From Bacteroidales bacterium (GTDB lineage Bacteria; Bacteroidota; Bacteroidia; Bacteroidales; UBA12077), in the NCBI GenBank assembly GCA_013138975.1, contig WTBR01000050.1, positions 3,123-67,122 of the forward strand: a DNA stretch of 64,000 bases. Direction: 5' to 3'. The notes below the pieces were generated by a model. It was not told where the DNA came from. It saw only the letters and a program-made list of their open reading frames with translations, and made no database searches. Shown piece after piece: positions 57,219 through 64,000 of this stretch. Position 1 is the stretch's first letter. Each line of letters starts with the position of its first letter. The position numbers and the translations under genes are program-made.

Positions 57219-58808
57219 CTAATCAATCTTATATTTAATAGAAACATCTTTTGCAACAAGTTCAATTGTTTCAATTGCCTCATCGGTTAGATTCCCGGAT
57301 TTTAAAGTTTGTAACACTTTGGGGTATTGCATTTCCATTACATCAAGAAAATCTGCCTCAAATTCCTTTACTTTTTCAAGTGGAACATCTTCTAATAATC
57401 CTTTAGACCCACAATAAATAATTGCAATTTGATTTTCAACTGCAACAGGTTTATATTGACCTTGTTTTAATATTTCTACATTTTTTGCGCCTTTATCTAA
57501 AATTGCCATGGTTGCTGCATCCAAATCAGAACCAAACTTAGAGAATGCTTCCAACTCCCGATATTGTGCCTGATCAAGCTTTAAAGTTCCTGCAACTTTC
57601 TTCATTGATTTAATTTGGGCGTTTCCTCCAACACGTGAAACCGAAATTCCTACATTAATTGCAGGCTTAACACCGGCATTAAATAAATCAGATTCCAAAA
57701 ATATTTGACCATCCGTAATTGAAATTACATTGGTAGGAATATAAGCAGATACATCACCAGCTTGAGTTTCAATTATTGGTAAAGCTGTTAATGACCCTCC
57801 ACCTTTTACTATTTTTTTCAATGATTCTGGTAAATCATTCATTTCTGCCGCTATCTTGTCCGACTTAATAATTTTAGCTGCACGCTCCAATAATCTTGAA
57901 TGTAAATAAAATACATCTCCGGGATATGCTTCACGACCCGGTGGACGACGTAACAATAGAGAAACTTCACGATATGCTACAGCTTGTTTCGAAAGATCAT
58001 CATAAATTATTAATGCTGAACGACCTGTATCTCTAAAATACTCGCCAATACAAGCTCCTGCAAAAGGAGCAAAAAACTGCAATGCCGCCGGATCAGATGC
58101 TGTTGCCATAACAATAACTGTGTAATCCATTGCTCCATGTTTTTCCAAAGTATCAGCAATATTTGCAACCGTTGATCCCTTCTGACCAATAGCTACATAT
58201 ATACAAAAAACAGGTTCGCCTTTATCGTAAAATTCTTTTTGATTTATAATCGTATCAATTGCTATAGCCGTTTTTCCTGTTTGGCGATCACCAATAATTA
58301 ATTCACGCTGACCACGACCAATTGGAATCATTGCATCAATTGCCTTTAAACCTGTTTGTATTGGTTCATTAACAGGCTGTCGGTATATAACACCCGGTGC
58401 TTTTCTTTCTAATGGCATTTCATAAAGATCACCTGTAATAGGGCCTTTTCCATCAATTGGTTCACCAATGGTATTAATAACACGTCCTAAAAGTTTATCA
58501 CCAACCTGAATTGATGCTATTTTTTTGGTTCGCTTTACCTTATCTCCTTCTTTAATCTCCTCTGAAGAGCCTAAAAGAACAGCTCCTACGTTATCTTCTT
58601 CCAAGTTTAGCACAATCCCCTTCATTCCACTCTCAAACTCAATCAGCTCATTAGATTGTACATTAGTTAAACCATATATTCTTGCTATTCCATCACCTAC
58701 CTGCAAAACACTACCAACTTCTTCGAGTTCGGAATTTGTTGTAAAGCCTTCTAATTCCTTTTTCAAAATTACTGAGACTTCTCCGGGTTTAATTCCTGCC
58801 ATGGTCAA
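57219..58808 (-). CDS. atpA: F1 ATP synthase alpha subunit
   Basis: [21 protein letters not shown]. Confidence 0.99.
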   Translation of the reverse strand: MTMAGIKPGEVSVILKKELEGFTTNSELEEVGSVLQVGDGIARIYGLTNVQSNELIEFESGMKGIVLNLEEDNVGAVLLGSSEEIKEGDKVKRTKKIASIQVGDKLLGRVINTIGEPIDGKGPITGDLYEMPLERKAPGVIYRQPVNEPIQTGLKAIDAMIPIGRGQRELIIGDRQTGKTAIAIDTIINQKEFYDKGEPVFCIYVAIGQKGSTVANIADTLEKHGAMDYTVIVMATASDPAALQFFAPFAGACIGEYFRDTGRSALIIYDDLSKQAVAYREVSLLLRRPPGREAYPGDVFYLHSRLLERAAKIIKSDKIAAEMNDLPESLKKIVKGGGSLTALPIIETQAGDVSAYIPTNVISITDGQIFLESDLFNAGVKPAINVGISVSRVGGNAQIKSMKKVAGTLKLDQAQYRELEAFSKFGSDLDAATMAILDKGAKNVEILKQGQYKPVAVENQIAIIYCGSKGLLEDVPLEKVKEFEADFLDVMEMQYPKVLQTLKSGNLTDEAIETIELVAKDVSIKYKID

Positions 58809-58820
58809 TATTTTTATGTT

Positions 58821-59384
58821 TTATTTTTTCTTTTTATTATTAAAATCAAAATCAGAAAATTGATCTCTTAGTTGTTGAATTTGCCTTGAAACACTTAAAT
58901 CTAATTGTTTATCATCAACCTGAATGATCATACCACCAATAATTGCTTCATTTACTTTCGTATCTAGCTCTACTTCCGAATTAAATGCCTTTTCAATAGT
59001 TCTTTTAATGTTTGTTTTATGCGTTTTTGTTAATTCAAAGGCAGTAGTTAAAACCGCTGTTTTTAATCCCTTTCCTTTTTTGTATAAATCACCAAAATCT
59101 ATGCATATGTTTTTAAGGTGATTTTCACGCTTCTTTTTAATTATAAGCTGTAAGAAGGACAATGTGTATTCGTTAACTTTATCTTTAAAGAAACTGCTTA
59201 ATATCTCTATTTTTTTTGATGCTTTAATAACAGGATGTTCTAACAATATTTTTAAGTCTTCTATTTCTTCTAATATTTGAAGTATCATGTCAATATCCTT
59301 CTTAATTTCATTAATCAAGCTCTTTTCTTCGGCAAGAAGATATAATGATTTAGCATATCTGATATTTATTTGACTATGATACAT
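58821..59384 (-). CDS. atpH: ATP synthase delta subunit
   Basis: RYAKSL, IIGGMIIQVDDKQLDLSV. Confidence 0.97.
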   Translation of the reverse strand: MYHSQINIRYAKSLYLLAEEKSLINEIKKDIDMILQILEEIEDLKILLEHPVIKASKKIEILSSFFKDKVNEYTLSFLQLIIKKKRENHLKNICIDFGDLYKKGKGLKTAVLTTAFELTKTHKTNIKRTIEKAFNSEVELDTKVNEAIIGGMIIQVDDKQLDLSVSRQIQQLRDQFSDFDFNNKKKK

Positions 59385-59403
59385 TAATGATTTCTGATTT
59401 AAA

Positions 59404-59898
59404 TTAATTTAACTCGATATCTTTTACAAGCTCGTCAATTAAGCTTTTCTGTTTAGCTTCATCTCCAAGTTTTTGCTTTAAAATTTTTTCTGCTATATCA
59501 ACTGACAAAGCAGCAACTTGGTTTTTAATTTCATTTATAACTTTATTCTTTTCCTGTTCAACACTTTGTCTTGCTTCTTCTAATATCTTTTTTGCTTCTA
59601 ACTTTGCATTCTCTCGTGCTTCTTCAATAATATTATTCTTTAACTCCTTAGCTTCTTTAATTAAACTCTCTCGTTCCATTTTTGCCAGTTGAGTTATCTT
59701 TTCGTTTCCAAACTCAATTTTTGCCATTTCATCTTTTGCTTTTTGAGCTGCTAAAAGACTTTTAGTAATAGATTTTTCTCGATCATTCAAAGCTTTTAAA
59801 ATTGGTTTCCAAGCAAACTTTATTAGCACATACAATAAAATGCTGAATGAAATAATCATCCAAAATAATAATCCCAAATCTGGTTTTACTAGTTCCAT
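59404..59898 (-). CDS. atpF: ATP synthase b subunit
   Basis: GLLFW...KFAWKPIL plus coiled coil. Confidence 0.97.
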   Translation of the reverse strand: MELVKPDLGLLFWMIISFSILLYVLIKFAWKPILKALNDREKSITKSLLAAQKAKDEMAKIEFGNEKITQLAKMERESLIKEAKELKNNIIEEARENAKLEAKKILEEARQSVEQEKNKVINEIKNQVAALSVDIAEKILKQKLGDEAKQKSLIDELVKDIELN

Positions 59899-59963
59899 AA
59901 CAAATCAATTTAAATTAAAAAACTTTACAGGCAGCCAACCGCTGCACTGTAAAGCTGCATACT

Positions 59964-60221
59964 TTAAAAAAATACAATAAGTAAACAAACAACAATTGCA
60001 AAGAAAGCAACTCCTTCAATAAGAGCAGCAGCCACAATCATGTTTGATCTGATATCGCCTGCTGCTTCAGGTTGACGAGCAATAGATTCCATGGCACTAC
60101 TACCAATTCTACTAATCCCCATTGCTGCTGAGAAAGCAGCAAAAGCTGCTCCAAAAGCTGCAGCAGCTTTTGATATCGCTACACCTTCAATTACAAGTAA
60201 CATAAATCCTAAAGTTGACAT
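59964..60221 (-). CDS. atpE: ATP synthase c subunit
   Basis: ARQPEA loop, ALIEGV. Confidence 0.98.
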   Translation of the reverse strand: MSTLGFMLLVIEGVAISKAAAAFGAAFAAFSAAMGISRIGSSAMESIARQPEAAGDIRSNMIVAAALIEGVAFFAIVVCLLIVFF

Positions 60222-60254
60222 AATATTAATTTTAAAAGTGAATATAATTTATTT

Positions 60255-61352
60255 TTAATGTCCTTCTTCCGATGCCATACCAAAGTATATGGCCGATAAT
60301 ATTGTAAATACATAAGCCTGTATAAAAGCTACCAGTATTTCCAGCATTGACACAAATATTGTAAATACTAAAGAAAGAGGCGAAACCAAATAACCTAATC
60401 CTGTACTCATATTTCCAAAAACAAAAATCAAACTGAAAAAACCAAGTACAATCATATGCCCTGCAGAAATATTGGCAAATAACCTGATCATTAACACAAA
60501 TGGTTTTATAAGCACCCCAAATAATTCGACAAAAGGAATTAAAGGAAGAGGCAATTTTAACCACCAAGGAACACCGGGCGTATTAAAAATATGACTCCAA
60601 TAATTTTTGTTTCCCGTTATAGTTGTAATGAAAAAGGTAAACAGAGCCAAGGTCATTGTTACCGTAATATTTCCTGTAACATTTGCTCCTCCGGGAATTA
60701 TAGGTACAAGTCCAAGTAGGTTATTTATTAATATAAAAAAGAAAATTGTTAACAAGAATGGTGTAAACTTTTCATAATGTTTTTCACCAATACTCGCCTT
60801 TGCAATATCATCACGAACAAATAAAATTAAAGGTTCTAATAAAGATTGTAGTCCTTTTGGTGCTTTACCTTCTCTTTTTTTATAAGTACTTGCAACCGAA
60901 GTAAAGATATAAATCATTAAAAGGCAGCTAAAAAATATGGCAACAACGTTTTTTGTAATTGAAATATCTAACGGACGTGCTTTGAACTCACCATGATCAT
61001 TAACTTCAATAATTTTATCTTTATAATCACCCTCCAGCGCAATTTTAAAATTTTTATGGCTATGACCATGCGCTAATTTTGATGACGAAAAAGAAATAAT
61101 TCCTTGATCCTTACAATATAAAATTACAGGTAATGGGATTGAATAATGATGACCTTTATAAGTAAATATATGCCATCCGTAACTGTCTCTAATGTGTGCA
61201 AAAATGAAGTCACCAGGATTAAATTCCTTTTTTTCTATGTGCTCTTCAGTATGCTCAGTATCCTTTTCTTTTAATTTTTCACTTGCATTTGCCTGTTGCT
61301 GAAATGCAAATAAACACAATACAATTAAAATATTTAAAAGGAGTTTATTCAT
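60255..61352 (-). CDS. atpB: ATP synthase a subunit
   Basis: IRLFANISAGH, AFIQAYVF; Bacteroidota-type N-terminal extension; -7 box TATTTTTG at 61381-61374. Confidence 0.98.
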   Translation of the reverse strand: MNKLLLNILIVLCLFAFQQQANASEKLKEKDTEHTEEHIEKKEFNPGDFIFAHIRDSYGWHIFTYKGHHYSIPLPVILYCKDQGIISFSSSKLAHGHSHKNFKIALEGDYKDKIIEVNDHGEFKARPLDISITKNVVAIFFSCLLMIYIFTSVASTYKKREGKAPKGLQSLLEPLILFVRDDIAKASIGEKHYEKFTPFLLTIFFFILINNLLGLVPIIPGGANVTGNITVTMTLALFTFFITTITGNKNYWSHIFNTPGVPWWLKLPLPLIPFVELFGVLIKPFVLMIRLFANISAGHMIVLGFFSLIFVFGNMSTGLGYLVSPLSLVFTIFVSMLEILVAFIQAYVFTILSAIYFGMASEEGH

Positions 61353-61416
61353 ATCAAATAGTTTGTGTATTTACAAAAATATGCATTTATAAGCACAAAT
61401 ACTCAATAGATATAAT

Positions 61417-61457
61417 AAAAAAAGACAGTAGAAAATTAATTATACTGTCTTCAAATA
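61417..61457 (-). terminator. duplicated terminator, copy 1
   Basis: AAAAAAAGACAGTA...TACTGTCTTCAAATA. Confidence 0.8.
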
Positions 61458-61473
61458 CTTCTTTAAATCCGCA

Positions 61474-61553
61474 AGCTGTGGCACGACTATTAACATAATC
61501 AGTAAATTAATTGCAATTTGCTGTTATCTGTTTAAGTGAGACGTGCCACAGCT
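61474..61553. repeat. 80-bp hairpin element with 12-bp perfect terminal IR
   Basis: AGCTGTGGCACG...CGTGCCACAGCT with inner CAGTAAATT/AATTTGCTG. Confidence 0.85.
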
Positions 61554-61557
61554 ATTT

Positions 61558-61598
61558 AAAAAAAGACAGTGCAAAATTATTTGCACTGTCTTCAAATA
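61558..61598 (-). terminator. terminator of the V-ATPase operon, copy 2
   Basis: AAAAAAAGACAGTGCAAA-ATTA-TTTGCACTGTCTTCAAATA. Confidence 0.88.
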
Positions 61599-61619
61599 TT
61601 TCTTAATATTTATTGTCTC

Positions 61620-62102
<483 letters not shown>

Positions 62103-62108
62103 TTATAT

Positions 62109-64000
62109 TTATTTTGAAAAAGGTTTATACTGTTTACCGCCTCCAACGAAACCGGCATTTTTATAAAATTCTACAAATGTTAAACGCATTGGATGTATAA
62201 ATGCTCCAAGCGATGCTAAAAATATATTAATTCCGTGACCAAATATTAATAATAGTACAAATGGCAACCAACCAATATATTTAATCTCTAAGAACTGAAC
62301 TGCAATTTGATTAAAAACTAAACCTAAAATCGCACTTGAAATTCCTAATGCAAACAAACGAATATATGATAACAGATCACCAAAAACGCCTGTTAATGTT
62401 CCATAAATATCGTAAATTCCGCCTCCGAAACTTGCAAAAATACTTGCCGATGGGTTATTAAAAAAGATTACAAAAACACCACTTACACCCATTAAAGCGT
62501 AAAATAGTATTTTAAATTTTTCTAAGTTTATTATGCCTGCGCTTTCACCTCCCTTAAATACTATAAGAACAATAAAGGCAAGTGCCCATCCAATACTTGA
62601 TAGTCCGTGTACAAATCCAAATTGCTTGATTTTATTTGCTGCTCTCACACTAATCCCAAAAATAATTTGGATTACACCAAGAATTAGAGCAAAATTAAAC
62701 ATGTTATCTGCATCTAATAATAGATATCTAAACTTATTTAAGAAATCAAAATCAGAGATTGAATTCTTTAATAAGTCTGTTTTAAATAGTGAAAAATTTT
62801 CTTCTCCAAGAATTGCAGTTAAAGCTTTTACAAACTCATCTTTTGTTGCAAAATGTTCTCCAATTACGGGTTGAATATTCGCTAAAATATCCGATGGTAA
62901 AAGAGCTTTTAAACTAGCAATTGACACTTCGTTTAAAACATATCCTGTATCAATAAGGTTAATTCCAAAAAATGTTCCTGAAACTGCACCTAATATTATT
63001 GTCGAAACTCCCAAAATCTGGAGTAAGGACAAGATAGGCTTCATCTCTTTCTTCGCTTTGAATTTAAAAATCGTTGCTCCCACAAGAAACAGTAATCCAT
63101 ATCCTGTATCACCAACACAAAATCCAAAAAACAATAAAAAGAATGGTGCAAAAAATGGTGTTAAGTCCATTTCTTTATAATCCGGTAAAGCAAATAATTC
63201 ACCTATAGGTTCAAAAAGCTTCATAAACCAATTATTCTTCAGTTTAATTGGCACATTATCTTCAACACCGGCTCTAGCTGAAATGTAATATACATTTTGC
63301 TCATCAAGCGATTTTTCAAGTTCTTCTTTTTTCTCAGTCGGTATCCAACCTTCCAAAAGCATTACTTTCTCTTCTGCTTGTTTTTCAGTATGATTTAATG
63401 CTAAATCAAAATCTGCCTTTGCTTGAATTTCTTTACGTGAAGCTTTTAAAACCTCTCGGTATTTAATCGCATACTCATCAAAGATATTTTCTACTTCTTC
63501 TACTCGATCTTTATTCGACTTATCTTTTACAAGTAATTCGGATAGAGTTTGCTCCGGCAGTTTTATTTCCTCAGCATCAATATCAATAGGGTTTGCTCCT
63601 CTTTGGAAAGCCACTATATATGAATATCCGTCTTGAGTGTTTACAATCTCAATTGGATATTTTTCCTTCCATTCAGGATTAAATTTTTTCTCGCTACAAA
63701 CAAAAAATCTGATTTTTATATGTAGAGCCTGAAATTTATCTTGCATTTCAGAAGTGAAATCTCCCCAAGGTTTAGCCTTTTGAATTTCTTTATTCAATGA
63801 AAGCTGTTCTTGTTCAATTCTTGAAATTTCCTCAGTAAGTTCTTTTATTGATTCAACCAATGCAAGTCCATCCATTTCGATTTTTCCTGCGGCTTCTTCC
63901 TGATTTCTTTTTTCAAGAAATTTTAAGGCCTTATTAATCTCACTAACTTGTTGCAAAGACAATTTGATGTTATCATCAACTTCCTTCTTCTTTTCTATAA
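62109..64000 (-). CDS. ntpI: V/A-type ATPase subunit I (5' end beyond the window)
   Basis: GDTGYG, SYIRLFALG, HPMRLTFVEFY; frame stays open to the window edge. Confidence 0.96.
   Translation of the reverse strand, partial: IEKKKEVDDNIKLSLQQVSEINKALKFLEKRNQEEAAGKIEMDGLALVESIKELTEEISRIEQEQLSLNKEIQKAKPWGDFTSEMQDKFQALHIKIRFFVCSEKKFNPEWKEKYPIEIVNTQDGYSYIVAFQRGANPIDIDAEEIKLPEQTLSELLVKDKSNKDRVEEVENIFDEYAIKYREVLKASRKEIQAKADFDLALNHTEKQAEEKVMLLEGWIPTEKKEELEKSLDEQNVYYISARAGVEDNVPIKLKNNWFMKLFEPIGELFALPDYKEMDLTPFFAPFFLLFFGFCVGDTGYGLLFLVGATIFKFKAKKEMKPILSLLQILGVSTIILGAVSGTFFGINLIDTGYVLNEVSIASLKALLPSDILANIQPVIGEHFATKDEFVKALTAILGEENFSLFKTDLLKNSISDFDFLNKFRYLLLDADNMFNFALILGVIQIIFGISVRAANKIKQFGFVHGLSSIGWALAFIVLIVFKGGESAGIINLEKFKILFYALMGVSGVFVIFFNNPSASIFASFGGGIYDIYGTLTGVFGDLLSYIRLFALGISSAILGLVFNQIAVQFLEIKYIGWLPFVLLLIFGHGINIFLASLGAFIHPMRLTFVEFYKNAGFVGGGKQYKPFSK

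Overview
AT-rich bacterial DNA that looks like a Bacteroidota anaerobe (Bacteroidales/Marinilabiliales-like), judged from TAnnTTTG promoters, Bacteroidota-type atp genes and a DUF5723 barrel. Housekeeping genes include a deoxynucleoside kinase, GH3 family, recO, tsaB, F-type atpBEFHAG and V-type ntpI/ntpK. No tRNA, rRNA or CRISPR array was found. Four regions stand out. (1) 32.8-43.9 kb: four tandem Cache-HAMP-GAF-coiled-coil(-PAS) receptors with no kinase, MCP, cyclase or phosphatase output and 1/3/~4/1 copies of a 42-aa heptad repeat, followed by an output-less [FeFe]-hydrogenase-like Fe-S sensor. (2) 18.9-28.4 kb: accessory genes, three preceded by the same promoter plus a ~60-nt structured leader. 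(3) 51.2-56.3 kb: a decayed island downstream of atpG with two relic copies of atpG 3' sequence, a cassette-like toxin-antitoxin pair, two group II intron relics at attC-like sites, a Bro-N pseudogene and three unknown genes. (4) Several nested REP/MITE-like palindromes, one translated inside a signal peptide. An intact aminotransferase ORF also lacks its catalytic Lys and substrate Arg. All family assignments come from motif recognition by eye; no database search was run.
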